Assembly: GCA_963701075.1 (NCBI GenBank)
Contig: OY969559.1
Location: 416,001 to 480,000, forward strand
Reading direction: 5' to 3'
From: an uncultured Nitrososphaerota archaeon
GTDB lineage: Archaea; Thermoproteota; Nitrososphaeria; Nitrososphaerales; Nitrosopumilaceae
DNA length: 64,000 bases
Every line of letters starts with the position of its first letter. Position 1 is the stretch's first letter. Position numbers and translations under genes: made by a program. The notes below the pieces were generated by a model. That model was not told the DNA's origin. It did not search any database and saw only the letters and a list, made by a program, of their open reading frames with translations. Shown one piece after another: positions 10,572-20,980 of the stretch.

Positions 10572-11753
10572 ATGAAGAAAATTCTTCTGGCATTAGCTTT
10601 CATGCTAGTGCTAATAATGCCGGCAACTATGTCGCATGCAAGTGCGCAAACCAGCCAGTCATATACAATCACGGGAGGCGGATCAACCTTCATCTTCCCA
10701 CTGATGGATACATGGAGAGTGCAATACGACAATCTGCATTCAAACATACAGCTAAACTATCAATCCATTGGAAGTGGAGCAGGTATCAAGCTCTTGGACC
10801 AAAAGGCTGTAGACTTTGCAGCATCTGATGCTCCATTGCAGCCATCCGAACAAGCAGCAGCACCAGGGGTGTTGACCATTCCAGATTCGATTGGAGGAAT
10901 AACAATATCTTACAACCTTCCTGGAATAGACAAGGGACTCAAACTGACAGGTCCTGTAATTGCGCAGATCTTCATGGGTAATATCACCATGTGGAACGAT
11001 CCTGCTATTGCAAGTCTTAACCCCGGAGTAAATCTTCCAGCTCAGACTATCCATACAGCTCATCGTGCAGATGGATCAGGAACAACATATGCATTCACTG
11101 ATTACCTATCCAAAGTCTATCCCCAGTGGAAGACAGATGTAGGCCAAGGAAAGGTAGTGCCATGGCCAGTAGGCACTGGTGGCCCAGGAAATGCAGGTGT
11201 AGCCAATATCATAAGGACTACGCCATATGCCTGTGGATATATAGAGCTTGCATACGCGTACCAAAACAACATGACATATGCATTTGTACAAAATGCTGAT
11301 GGAAATGCGTTTGTAGAGCCTACCATAGCTTCAGTAGCTGCTGATGCAGCTGCTGCATCAACAAGTCTTCCTGCAGGTGATGGAGATTGGAGCAAGGTAT
11401 CGATAGTAAATCAACCTGGAAGTAATTCCTATCCGATATCTACTTTGACATATATCATGGTCTACAAGGACCTAAGTCAAGTAAGCGGAGAGTCACAGGG
11501 CAAATCACAAGAAGTAATAAACTTCCTAAACTGGATAGTAACAGATGGACAAAACTATTCTTCATCATTATTGTATGTGCCACTGCCTGCTCCAATGGTA
11601 ACTGCAGATCAGCAAAGTATTTCACAAATACAGTTCGGCGGCAGCACAGTTCCGGAGTTTGGCCCAATTGCATCTCTAGTACTTGCAATTGCAATCGTAT
11701 CCATAATTGCAGTTTCTGCTAAGACTGGATTAAGACTTGCACCAAAACTCTAG
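10572..11753 (+). CDS. pstS: Phosphate-binding protein PstS with C-terminal PEFG-CTERM anchor
   Basis: Signal peptide, YQSIGSGAG, DFAASDAP, HRADGSGTT; VPEFGPIASLVLAIAIVSII tail. Confidence 0.93.
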   Translation: MKKILLALAFMLVLIMPATMSHASAQTSQSYTITGGGSTFIFPLMDTWRVQYDNLHSNIQLNYQSIGSGAGIKLLDQKAVDFAASDAPLQPSEQAAAPGVLTIPDSIGGITISYNLPGIDKGLKLTGPVIAQIFMGNITMWNDPAIASLNPGVNLPAQTIHTAHRADGSGTTYAFTDYLSKVYPQWKTDVGQGKVVPWPVGTGGPGNAGVANIIRTTPYACGYIELAYAYQNNMTYAFVQNADGNAFVEPTIASVAADAAAASTSLPAGDGDWSKVSIVNQPGSNSYPISTLTYIMVYKDLSQVSGESQGKSQEVINFLNWIVTDGQNYSSSLLYVPLPAPMVTADQQSISQIQFGGSTVPEFGPIASLVLAIAIVSIIAVSAKTGLRLAPKL

Positions 11754-11762
11754 ACCATCCTA

Positions 11763-11778
11763 ATTTTTTATTTTTTTT
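11763..11778 (+). terminator. Oligo-T archaeal terminator after pstS1
   Basis: T6-A-T8 tract about 10 nt after the stop codon. Confidence 0.55.
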
Positions 11779-11957
11779 AAAATCGCACTTGCGATTTCAT
11801 TTCATATTATATGTTTCGAATTTTAAAAACTAAATTCTATATAGATTTATGGTGAGCATGATTTTGTAAATTATTTTATGTTGTAGATGTAAGATACAGC
11901 TCAGCTATGTGTTCTATACCGATCAATTAGAAATAACCAAAGAATTGTCATAAGCTC

Positions 11958-13148
11958 ATGGCACAAAAAATAATTTTAGGTTTAGCGCTTATGCTGATCC
12001 TATTAATGCCAACCACAACGATGGTAGCACACGCACAACTAGTATCAAATCCACCACCTCAACCTCCAAGCGGAGTGAGCATCAAGCTCAATGGTGCAGG
12101 CTCATCCTTCATCTTTCCATTGATGGACAAATGGAGGGTTATGTATGATGGACTAAATCCTGGAATAAGTATCAACTACCAATCCGTTGGTAGTGGTGCG
12201 GGTATAACGCAATTTACCAAAAAAACAATTGACTTTGGAGCTTCAGATGCCCCATTGTCACCGAGTCAGCAAAAGGCAGCCCCAAACACGCTAACCTTTG
12301 TAGACTCTATTGGTGCAATTACGGTGTCTTACAACATACCAAATGGCCAAATCAAGGATGGTGTTAATCAAATCATCCCTAGTGGACTAAACCTTACTGG
12401 TCCAACCCTTGCACAGATCTTCGAAGGCAAGATACTGTATTGGGATGATCCAGCCATAAAGGCAAATAATTCCGGAGTTTTTCTGCCCCATGCAAAGATC
12501 ACAGTGATTCATCGCTCTGATGGCTCTGGAACAACATATGGATTCACAAACTACTTGTCAAAAGTTAGTAGTGAATGGAAATCTGATGTTGGACAAGGAA
12601 CTGTGGTTCCGTGGAGAACTGGAATTGGAGGCCCTGGTAACGCAGGCGTCGCACATTATGTCCAATTAACTCCATATTCAATTGGATATGTAGAACTTGC
12701 ATACGCACAACAGAATCACATGTCATATGCAAATATTGAAAATGCCGACGGCGATAATTTTGTGGCACCAACACTAGATACAACAAGTGCAGCAGCTAGT
12801 TCTCTAACGAGCCTACCTGCCTCAAATGGAGATTGGAGCAAAGTTTCAATTACCAATGAACCAGGACCTAATACCTATCCAATCGCTTCATTGACCTACA
12901 TCATGGCATATCAGAATCGCGATGTAGTAAAGGGCACGGACTTGAACAAAGCAGATGAGCTGGTTGATTTCATATATTGGATAATATCAGGTGGTCCCGG
13001 ACAGCCAGTTGGTGGACAGCAATATGCTAGCCCACTGTGGTATGTACCGCTTCCTCAAAACTTCCAACTAGTTGACATCAACGGACTTCAGATGTTCAAG
13101 TACCAAGGACATCAGTTGTGGACTGACGCAGGCACTTCAGGCACTTAA
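11958..13148 (+). CDS. pstS: Second phosphate-binding protein PstS, without PEFG tail
   Basis: YQSVGSGAG, DFGASDAP, HRSDGSGTT; paralogue of the preceding gene. Confidence 0.92.
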   Translation: MAQKIILGLALMLILLMPTTTMVAHAQLVSNPPPQPPSGVSIKLNGAGSSFIFPLMDKWRVMYDGLNPGISINYQSVGSGAGITQFTKKTIDFGASDAPLSPSQQKAAPNTLTFVDSIGAITVSYNIPNGQIKDGVNQIIPSGLNLTGPTLAQIFEGKILYWDDPAIKANNSGVFLPHAKITVIHRSDGSGTTYGFTNYLSKVSSEWKSDVGQGTVVPWRTGIGGPGNAGVAHYVQLTPYSIGYVELAYAQQNHMSYANIENADGDNFVAPTLDTTSAAASSLTSLPASNGDWSKVSITNEPGPNTYPIASLTYIMAYQNRDVVKGTDLNKADELVDFIYWIISGGPGQPVGGQQYASPLWYVPLPQNFQLVDINGLQMFKYQGHQLWTDAGTSGT

Positions 13149-13300
13149 ACGCCCTAACTTTTCTTTTTTTCTTTTTTGATACAATAACTAATGTAAATTA
13201 TGGATCAAAAAGAAGAGATCGTGTGGATATAGAGACTATGACAACTACTTGCGCCAGATTAAAGTTGAATACTGGACACATATGAAACAGTGATAAAATA

Positions 13301-13492
13301 ATGCCAGACAAGATCTGCAGAACATGTGGTGAAGAACTGATTGGATATTCGCAATGCTTTGAATGCAAAAAGCCGATTCAGCAAATTTGCATAAAATGTG
13401 GGAAAAAGACCATAGAGCGACTCCATTTGAGATGTTTTACTCATACAAAGTATGACTTTTCAGTGCCTGCAAGTATTTCGTTAGCAGGGTGA
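13301..13492 (+). CDS. Small zinc-ribbon protein
   Basis: Three CxxC motifs plus HxxC. Confidence 0.65.
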   Translation: MPDKICRTCGEELIGYSQCFECKKPIQQICIKCGKKTIERLHLRCFTHTKYDFSVPASISLAG

Positions 13493-13613
13493 ATTTTCAG
13501 TTCTGTAATCTAACCATAAAATATATAATTTTAAATTTTTTTTCATAGAATAACTGTTCTTATGGAATCTATTTTCTACAAGGAAAAATATGATTGTCCA
13601 TTGTTAAAGTTTG

Positions 13614-14145
13614 ATGACAAACAAACTGCTTGTCCCATCTGGAGTTTTTGCAATTTTTATCTTGCTTGCAATTCAGCTCATGGGTATCAATATCGGCAGA
13701 TGGAGCAACAACACAACAGTCCATATCTGCAAACACGCACGGATTTGCATTTACAGATAATTGCTGTCCAGACGTATCACTCAATCTCAACGGTAACATC
13801 ACAACAAACACAGATGGTACAATGAAACTCTCACAGCAAAATGGCAATATTGCAATAAATTCTACCAATTACAAACTACAATTCACGCCAAGTGGTAATG
13901 TAACCACAGAAACAGTGGAAGGTGACTGCTCTTCGGGCATTACTTACCAACAGAATGGTACCGTTAGCTTGACTGCAAATGATGGAACAGTAATCAAAGG
14001 ACCGGGAGAATATTCTTGGGGGACAGTCCCTAGTTGTTCTGACTACAAGGATTCCTTTACTAACTTTAGCGGAAAGGTGCAAGACCTGGCAGGACAAACC
14101 ACAGAATTCTATACTGGTACAGATCTGTTGCCATATATCCAGTAA
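13614..14145 (+). CDS. Secreted beta-rich hypothetical protein, frameshifted after its signal peptide
   Basis: MTNKLLVPSGVFAIFILLA signal from 13614 is in a different frame from the body ORF 13630..14145 (net +1). Confidence 0.5.
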
Positions 14146-14197
14146 ACTCTTATCCTCTTTTTCTTTTTTAAAGAATCAAGTGAGATCTCTCAAGCAA

Positions 14198-14450
14198 TTA
14201 GATATTTTCATAGATGCTCTCACGTTCCTCAACTCTATGTATTGTAATTTTTTTATCAGACCAGCTTACCTCGTATACCAATCTTAAGCTCCCAATTCTA
14301 ATTCTGTATATGGAATCATATCCCTTGAGTTTTGCCACATCATAGATTCGAACAGGAACAGGATTTTCTTTCAATGTTACCAGTATGTCTTTTAGAATCA
14401 AGCTTACTTATCGCTTTTAAGACGCTTTTCTTGGCAGTAACTTCAAACAA
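14198..14450 (-). pseudogene. relE: RelE/ParE family toxin with disrupted N-terminal frame
   Basis: KLKGYDSIYRIRIGSLRLVY motif; TTG start at 14450 is out of frame with the body. Confidence 0.75.
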
Positions 14451-14451
14451 A

Positions 14452-14628
14452 TTAATCCAGTGTCTTCAACAATGAGGATTCACTAACAATTTTTTCTTTC
14501 TTTTTAATTGCGGATTTATAACTAGGGGTCGGTTCTTCTAATGGAATGATTTTATCAATTAGATTTTTGTATAACATTCTCAATTCTTTGATTTCATTTC
14601 TAATTATTTTGAACTCTTTTGAACTCAT
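14452..14628 (-). CDS. Putative antitoxin, 58 aa
   Basis: MSSKEFKIIRNEIKELR... ORF directly upstream of relE. Confidence 0.6.
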   Translation of the reverse strand: MSSKEFKIIRNEIKELRMLYKNLIDKIIPLEEPTPSYKSAIKKKEKIVSESSLLKTLD

Positions 14629-14803
14629 ATCCTATCCAATATATGACACAAAACTGTTTAAAGTCTTTGCGTGCGTTTCAGGCATATCTAAAGAGAATAG
14701 GCAATTCTGTTGATACAAACGTTGTATGGTGTAAGAAATGTAGTTAGTCAAACGATTATCTAATTAATAATGAATTTTTAAAGAATCAAGTGAGATCTTA
14801 ACA

Positions 14804-15304
14804 ATGAATGGACTCTTAATTGGCAGGTTTCAGCCATTTCACATCGGACATTTATCGGCAGTCAAGTTTGCCCTGTCTCAAGTGGAAAACCTCTGGATAG
14901 GAATTGGAAGCTCAAACAAAAGTAATGAAAAAAGAAATCCATTCACAGCAGACGAGCGAAAAGAGATGATCCTCTCATCAATTGACCCTGAAAACGCAGA
15001 GAAAATTGGGGTATACTATGTACCAGATACAGGAGACCATGACAAATGGACGTACCATGTTGATGCCATCGTGCCAAAGTACGACATTGTATTTTCAAAT
15101 GATGACTTTACGCTGTCTCTGTACAAAAAAAGGGGAATCAAAACAATCCAGGTTCCACTGTTGCAAAGAGAAACGGTCTCTGGGACACATATACGGGAGA
15201 TGATCGCTGGAGACAAAGATTGGTCAGGCCTTGTTCCACAAGGAACCAAAAATGTTCTGATAAAAATAGGTGCCAAGGAAAGGCTACGCAAAATACCGCA
15301 GTAG
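14804..15304 (+). CDS. nadM: Nicotinamide-nucleotide adenylyltransferase
   Basis: GRFQPFHIGH, NPFTADER, SGTHIR. Confidence 0.93.
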   Translation: MNGLLIGRFQPFHIGHLSAVKFALSQVENLWIGIGSSNKSNEKRNPFTADERKEMILSSIDPENAEKIGVYYVPDTGDHDKWTYHVDAIVPKYDIVFSNDDFTLSLYKKRGIKTIQVPLLQRETVSGTHIREMIAGDKDWSGLVPQGTKNVLIKIGAKERLRKIPQ

Positions 15305-15314
15305 AACCTAAATA

Positions 15315-16487
15315 ATGGTCATTAATTTTAGGGAATGGAAGAATTTGGAATATCTAGTAATGTTACCCGGACCAACAAATGTTCCGGAAAGAGTAACGCG
15401 CGCAATGTTTACTCACATGATAAATCACAGGAGCAAGGATTTTGTAAAATTATATGTCGATGTAGTTGAAAAGACCCAGAAAGTTTTTGATACAACAGGA
15501 GACATCGTAGCACTTAGCGCTTCTGGAACAGGAGCAGTCGAGGCCTCTGTTGTAAACATGGTAAAAAAAGGCGACAAGGTAATCATCCCAGTCAACGGGG
15601 AATTTAACTCAAGACTTGCAACCATGCTAGAATGGGCAGGTGCAAATGTTATCAAGCTACAGACTCCATTTGGACAGAACGCAAGCTTTGATCAAGTAAA
15701 GGAAGCATTTGACAACAACAAAGATGTCAAGGCATTCTATGTGGTATGGAACGAGACCTCAACTGGAACGATGGTAAAATATCTGGATAAAGTTTCAAGT
15801 CTTACTGCAAGAAATGATTCGTTCTTTGTAGTAGACGGTGTATCAATAGTAGGCGGTGAGGAATTGCACATGGACAAGTGGGGAATAGATGTGTGTGTTA
15901 CAGGAGCACAAAAAGCGCTAGCTGCCCCGCCAGGAATCTCGCCAATTGCAGTAAGCCCCAAGGCAAAAAAACACATGATTGCAAACCAGCCCCCGACATT
16001 TTACTTTAACATGGCACGATACTTCAAGTATTACGACGAGAACAAGGAGACTCCATTTACTCCAGCAATACCGCTTCTTTATGCATACAGGGAGGCACTA
16101 GACATGATACTAGAAGAGGGAATGGAAAATAGAGTAAAAAGACACCGGGTCTGCTCTGATGCATTTTACAGTGGCCTCAGTGCACTAGGTCTTACACCAT
16201 TTGCAAAAGAGGATGCACGATCTACAGTTGTGATTGCACTAAACTATCTGCAAGGACTAGACGACAAAACTTTCCGTGGAACATTGTCAGAAAAATTCCG
16301 CGTCTTGGTTGCAGGTGGATTTGGCGAGCTGAAAGGCAAAGTGTTCAGGGTTGGATGCATGGGAGAGGTGCAGAAATATCATGTCATGAGAACTATATCT
16401 GCAATTCATTCAACACTTGACATGATGGGATACAAGACAAATCCCGAAGCACTCAAAGTAGCTGAAGAGAAACTAAAGGCGCTCTAA
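15315..16487 (+). CDS. Class V PLP aminotransferase (serine/alanine-glyoxylate type)
   Basis: MLPGPT, SGTGAVE, NETSTG, GAQKAL, FRVGCMG. Confidence 0.9.
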   Translation: MVINFREWKNLEYLVMLPGPTNVPERVTRAMFTHMINHRSKDFVKLYVDVVEKTQKVFDTTGDIVALSASGTGAVEASVVNMVKKGDKVIIPVNGEFNSRLATMLEWAGANVIKLQTPFGQNASFDQVKEAFDNNKDVKAFYVVWNETSTGTMVKYLDKVSSLTARNDSFFVVDGVSIVGGEELHMDKWGIDVCVTGAQKALAAPPGISPIAVSPKAKKHMIANQPPTFYFNMARYFKYYDENKETPFTPAIPLLYAYREALDMILEEGMENRVKRHRVCSDAFYSGLSALGLTPFAKEDARSTVVIALNYLQGLDDKTFRGTLSEKFRVLVAGGFGELKGKVFRVGCMGEVQKYHVMRTISAIHSTLDMMGYKTNPEALKVAEEKLKAL

Positions 16488-16518
16488 TTTTATATACAAA
16501 AACATAGAAAATAATACT

Positions 16519-16728
16519 GTGTCAGAAAAAAGGGATTACAATATCATAGTCAAAAAAGACGGAAAATTCTATGTCGGGTACTGCATCGAAATTCCTCAAG
16601 CAAGGGGACAGGGAAACACCAAGCAAGAGGCAATACAAGATACAAAGCAAGCCATCAAACTATGCAAATCCTACCTTGATGACAAGAAGAAGAGATCTGC
16701 ATCAAGACTAGTCACGGTTTCAGTTTGA
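16519..16728 (+). CDS. HicB-like antitoxin (orphan)
   Basis: YVGYCIEIP...GQG.T..EAI pattern. Confidence 0.75.
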   Translation: MSEKRDYNIIVKKDGKFYVGYCIEIPQARGQGNTKQEAIQDTKQAIKLCKSYLDDKKKRSASRLVTVSV

Positions 16729-16987
16729 GCTTACTGTTTTACAATTGAATAGTATGTTGCAGGAAATGTCTGGCCGTTGGAATCAAGCCACACTAAGACA
16801 TCGTATGCGCCAGGCTTTGTGATTATCTGGCTTGCATCAAAGCTTACTGCCACGCTGTTGCCCTGCTCAGTCCACTGCTTTGCAGTAACCATGTATATCC
16901 TGAAAGCTGCTGATAATACTGTCCAAAAGGCAAGGTCTTGCTTGCCATGCCTTTTTTCCAATGTTGTATCAAGAGGGAAAGCTCATG

Positions 16988-19063
16988 CTAGGCTATCCCC
17001 ACGTTACCTGAGGCTTCTGCTGTAAGCGGAGTACCTCCATTGCTTGGCCAGTCCGAGAACATGTCTGCATACAAGCTGCCGGTTCCAACGTTTGCATCAC
17101 TTGGCACATAAAACGACACAATCATCTCGCTGTCTCCTGCTCCAAGCGATGTCTTGATTGAACCAACGCCAAGGCTTGTGCCGTCAGGGCCTGCAAGATT
17201 TATGGTGACAAGTGCCGACTGGCTCGAGGCCGACGAGAGTACTATCTTTGCATATCCCGTAGTGCCCTTGGCAAACGAGGTCACGACATTGTTTCCTTCT
17301 TGGTCTGTTGGCTGTATAGATACAATCGATACATCCGAGGGTTGTGCGGCCTGCGACGATACAGTAAACTCGGCAGCGCCTTTGACGTAATTTCCGCCAA
17401 CAAGCGCAGTCGACGTAACCTGGTAACTGCCTGCCTGTGCATCAGGCGACAAGCCTATCTGGAGTACTGCATCTCCTCCAGTGCCCACCTGTACTGCTCT
17501 TGAAGCAACAATGTTAAGCGATGGGTCAGTTACAACTATTGCAACGTTTTGTCCCACTTGAGCTCCTGCAGTATACGAAGTGATCGTTACATTCTCTCCT
17601 GGATTGTACGACGACTGGTCGGTCTGCACGTTCATGGTGTTCGATGTTGCAACCGATGGCGCACCATCTGCCAAGACAACTGCTGTTGCCGAGCTGCCTA
17701 GGTCTAGCTCGTCTCCTGCATAGGTGGCAGTTATTGTTATGTTGTTCGAGCTTGTTGGTGGAGTGTACACAAGCGAGCAGCTGTTGTCCGAAACTACACA
17801 TGTACTTGGACTAAACGTGCCGCCTGCACCGTTGTCGCTCCACGATACGATTCCATTTAGAGCATAGCCTGGGTTCGTACCATCAAGTGTTGCAGTAAAT
17901 GTGATTGTACTTCCAGCTACTAGTGTTGCAGTACTTGGCGTAATAGTTACTGTGGTATCACGCATCGAACTTGCTACTTGCAACAAAGCTGTACCATAAC
18001 TATTCTGGTGCGTACCGTCTCCTCCATAGCTTGCCGTTATTGTAAGCGTACTTGGCGAGTTTGTAGCCGGCGTGTATGTTACCGTACAGATGCCATCGTA
18101 GATTGTACATGTTACCGGACTGAATGCACCGCCTTCGTCTCCATCACTCCACGCTATGGCACCCGTGGGAGTGGTATGTGTACTTGCAGTGTCAGTGACT
18201 GTTGCTGTAAATGTTACCGATCCGCCAACAGATGTAGTTGCCGAGTTTGGCGTAATGGCAGTAGCCGTAGCATCTGGCGTGGTATCTTGCTGGGGTTGGG
18301 GCGTTGTATATGTAATTCTTACAGGAACAGGTGCTAAACTATCATGTGCTGTCCAGTATTGAATATCCGACACAAATGTCCTGGAGTCGATCTTTCCACT
18401 CGACCACAACGAGGCATCGTTGTTTATCCATTGAGGTATTGGACCGTGAACTCCCGAAAGATCTATAGCTTCATGATCTTGATTCATGAACTGGATGTTT
18501 GTCTTGTCGTGATTGGTAAACTGCTGCATATTCTGCATAGTCTGGGTGTTGCCTGCCTTGTTGTCTGCCCATTGTTGGGTAACTGTCTTTGCAGGCAAGG
18601 GAACTGTCCTAGGTCCTTGATAATTTGTACCGTTGACATGCGATGTTGCATTTGGAGCAGGCTGAGTCGCATTAGGCGTGCTAGGTGGAACCTGTGGAAC
18701 AGGCTGGGCTACTGTAGGTGTACTGGTTGGAGCCTGCGTGCTGGGTTGCGGTAATGCGACAGGTGGAGCTGCAGTAACGGTAGACGAATTTAATGCACCT
18801 GGTAGAGTCTGCGATGGTTCTGGCGTACTAGGAACTTGGTTTTCTTGGACTGGTGTAGGTGGAACACTCGATGTAGCATTTACAGCTGTATCAGTCTGCG
18901 TAGGTATGTCTGCCACTGTCAAAGCTGTATCTACTACACTTGCAGTCCCTGTGTTATCCACTTGGGTGCTGTTAGAATCTGAAAATGAAATATCGGCAAA
19001 AGCATACTGTGGCAAAATCAATAGCGCTGCAAATGCAAGAAGGACTAGAGCTTTTGTTTTCAT
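16988..19063 (-). CDS. Secreted surface protein with Pro/Thr linker and Ig-like repeats
   Basis: Signal peptide, PT-rich region, thaumarchaeal IPQWINNDA.LWSSGKI motif, two repeats of WSD...GG.FSP.TC...C...YTP...ITA.Y.GD. Confidence 0.8.
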   Translation of the reverse strand: MKTKALVLLAFAALLILPQYAFADISFSDSNSTQVDNTGTASVVDTALTVADIPTQTDTAVNATSSVPPTPVQENQVPSTPEPSQTLPGALNSSTVTAAPPVALPQPSTQAPTSTPTVAQPVPQVPPSTPNATQPAPNATSHVNGTNYQGPRTVPLPAKTVTQQWADNKAGNTQTMQNMQQFTNHDKTNIQFMNQDHEAIDLSGVHGPIPQWINNDASLWSSGKIDSRTFVSDIQYWTAHDSLAPVPVRITYTTPQPQQDTTPDATATAITPNSATTSVGGSVTFTATVTDTASTHTTPTGAIAWSDGDEGGAFSPVTCTIYDGICTVTYTPATNSPSTLTITASYGGDGTHQNSYGTALLQVASSMRDTTVTITPSTATLVAGSTITFTATLDGTNPGYALNGIVSWSDNGAGGTFSPSTCVVSDNSCSLVYTPPTSSNNITITATYAGDELDLGSSATAVVLADGAPSVATSNTMNVQTDQSSYNPGENVTITSYTAGAQVGQNVAIVVTDPSLNIVASRAVQVGTGGDAVLQIGLSPDAQAGSYQVTSTALVGGNYVKGAAEFTVSSQAAQPSDVSIVSIQPTDQEGNNVVTSFAKGTTGYAKIVLSSASSQSALVTINLAGPDGTSLGVGSIKTSLGAGDSEMIVSFYVPSDANVGTGSLYADMFSDWPSNGGTPLTAEASGNVGIA

Positions 19064-19195
19064 GTTGCAATATCTTCGTCATTTTGTTTATAAAAAATTG
19101 TGACACTTTGTTCAGGAACATTGTTAGTGATGATTAGTGTACTAATCATTGGTATACAAATTAATTATGCCTAACTCTTTAATAGATCCTAGAAA

Positions 19196-19504
19196 TTATC
19201 TAAGTACTGTTGATTCTCTGTGCATCTTCTTTAGCTTTGGATTATCTGCAAATATCCAGAGAATGGCGCCTTTCTTGTCGTACATTATCTTGTTTGATTT
19301 TTCCAGATAATTCAGTATAGTAAGCAAGGTAGGGTACTGAACCTGCCTTGGAAGTGTTCTCCAGAGTCTATTTTTAGAACTAAACTCTTTTTTGTCAGAA
19401 ATTGTCTCTTCTACCATCTCAACAGTATCAAGACGTGGCATATGTGTAGTCCTAGACCGATGTTTGCCAGATCCTTTCTTCTGTAAGACAGCTTTCGTAC
19501 TCAT
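19196..19504 (-). CDS. Small winged-helix-like hypothetical protein
   Basis: 102-aa ORF; P.LDTV.MVE...IL.YLE.S.KI pattern. Confidence 0.55.
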   Translation of the reverse strand: MSTKAVLQKKGSGKHRSRTTHMPRLDTVEMVEETISDKKEFSSKNRLWRTLPRQVQYPTLLTILNYLEKSNKIMYDKKGAILWIFADNPKLKKMHRESTVLR

Positions 19505-19715
19505 TTCCTATCTATAGCTGGGAAATCATTGTATATGTACATATTTGTATCATGTAAATTTGTATATGCAATACTTGAGCAGGATCAATTACAAAACAGT
19601 TAGATGGGTACTACATAACTTGAATCTAAAATCAATTTGATCGTGTTTTAAAGTGGGAAACAAAGTAGACAAAATACCTCAAGGACAAATTGTGATATGC
19701 ACGTTGCAAACAAAC

Positions 19716-19775
19716 ATGTCCTAAATATAGGACATATGTCTTAAATATAGGACATATGCCCTAAAAATAGAGCAT
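19716..19775. promoter_or_regulatory. Three tandem 20-bp palindromic operators
   Basis: atgtcctaaatataggacat / atgtcttaaatataggacat / atgccctaaaaatagagcat directly before the HTH-MNT gene. Confidence 0.8.
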
Positions 19776-19776
19776 T

Positions 19777-20376
19777 ATGTTGTTGCATAGGTATCTAGAA
19801 GAAGTGCTCGGAAACAAGGTAGCCATTACCTTACTGCGTACTATGGTAAATTATCAGGGTAAGATCTTCACCATCAGGGGATTGGCAGAAGAAGCCAAAG
19901 TTTCACCAAATGAAACCGCACTCATCATTCATGGACTTGAAAATTTTGGCGTCATCAAAATTCAGCCAGTGGGAAGAGCCTATCAATTAGAACTAAACAA
20001 GAAAAGCTATGTTCTAAATAAAATGATAGAACCAATAATTGCGTCTGAAAAAAATACTTTTACTGAATTACTTGTTCTTCTAAAGAAATATCTTGATACG
20101 CCAAAAATTGTCTCTGCAGCAATTTTTGGAAGTGTTGTAAAGGGCCAAGAAAAAATAGATAGCGACATAGATCTTTTAATAATCTCAAACGATCACGATC
20201 ATGCTATTGCACAAATATCTAAAGCAAGTGAACATACATTCTCAACATTTCATGGCAGCTTGTCGCCAATAATATTTTCTGAAAAAGAATTCAAAGCTAA
20301 ACAAAAGGGATCTCTGGCACTGTCAATCATTGATAATCATGTTCTAATATGTGGCAAAAGGATAACAATTTCATAA
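19777..20376 (+). CDS. wHTH-minimal nucleotidyltransferase antitoxin (MntA-like)
   Basis: N-terminal HTH; FGS..KG....SDIDLLI. Confidence 0.85.
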   Translation: MLLHRYLEEVLGNKVAITLLRTMVNYQGKIFTIRGLAEEAKVSPNETALIIHGLENFGVIKIQPVGRAYQLELNKKSYVLNKMIEPIIASEKNTFTELLVLLKKYLDTPKIVSAAIFGSVVKGQEKIDSDIDLLIISNDHDHAIAQISKASEHTFSTFHGSLSPIIFSEKEFKAKQKGSLALSIIDNHVLICGKRITIS

Positions 20377-20766
20377 ATGGCAAAATCAGTAGATCCACGA
20401 AGTGCACCAAACTATATTATAAAAGCTGAAGAATTTTTAAAGACAGCTAATGACTCGCTACAAGATAATAGGTATAACAGCGCAGTGACAAATGCCATTC
20501 ATAGCGCTATAAACGCACTCGATGCACTGACTACTAAATTTAAAGGCAAACGCGGGTCAGATGACCACACTGAAGTGCTTTCACTTGTTCAAGGAATACT
20601 TTCTGCTGCACAGTATGAAGAAATTAAAAAACAGTTTACATCTCTAATAAGCAAAAAGAATGCTTCTGAATACCAGCCTGATTTAATGGATGTGAAAGAT
20701 GCTCGTGAGGCGATAAAATGGGCAGAACGAATCCTGACTAAAGCCAAGGCTAAATTGAATCCATAA
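20377..20766 (+). CDS. HEPN-domain protein (partner of the MNT)
   Basis: KAEEFL..A, H.AINALDA, KNASEY; coupled to the MNT gene. Confidence 0.85.
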   Translation: MAKSVDPRSAPNYIIKAEEFLKTANDSLQDNRYNSAVTNAIHSAINALDALTTKFKGKRGSDDHTEVLSLVQGILSAAQYEEIKKQFTSLISKKNASEYQPDLMDVKDAREAIKWAERILTKAKAKLNP

Positions 20767-20980
20767 GTGCAATTTGCATCTAAAAACTCAAAAGTAAAGA
20801 TATCAAATCATTTGACAGATTTTTCCCTAATGGGCCTAAAATTATTACAAAACAGTAGTTGGGTCTTCAATTTCATTATGATGTTTGTTTTGGTTGTACC
20901 AAACAGAAAAATGATGACACAAAAATCACTAACACACAAAAAAGCCATCTTTAGATTAATATAAGGAACAGAAAGGATCG

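Larger units (their letters stand above)
14165..14798. repeat. 24-bp perfect direct repeat bracketing a RelE TA cassette
   Basis: tttttaaagaatcaagtgagatct at 14165-14188 and 14775-14798. Confidence 0.9.

Noticed and set aside
16731-16961. 76-aa ORF after the Ig-like gene
   Set aside because: Looks like a C-terminal gene remnant with no credible start; family cannot be assigned
19716-19775. CRISPR-like repeats
   Set aside because: Abutting 20-mers with no spacers; better explained as operators
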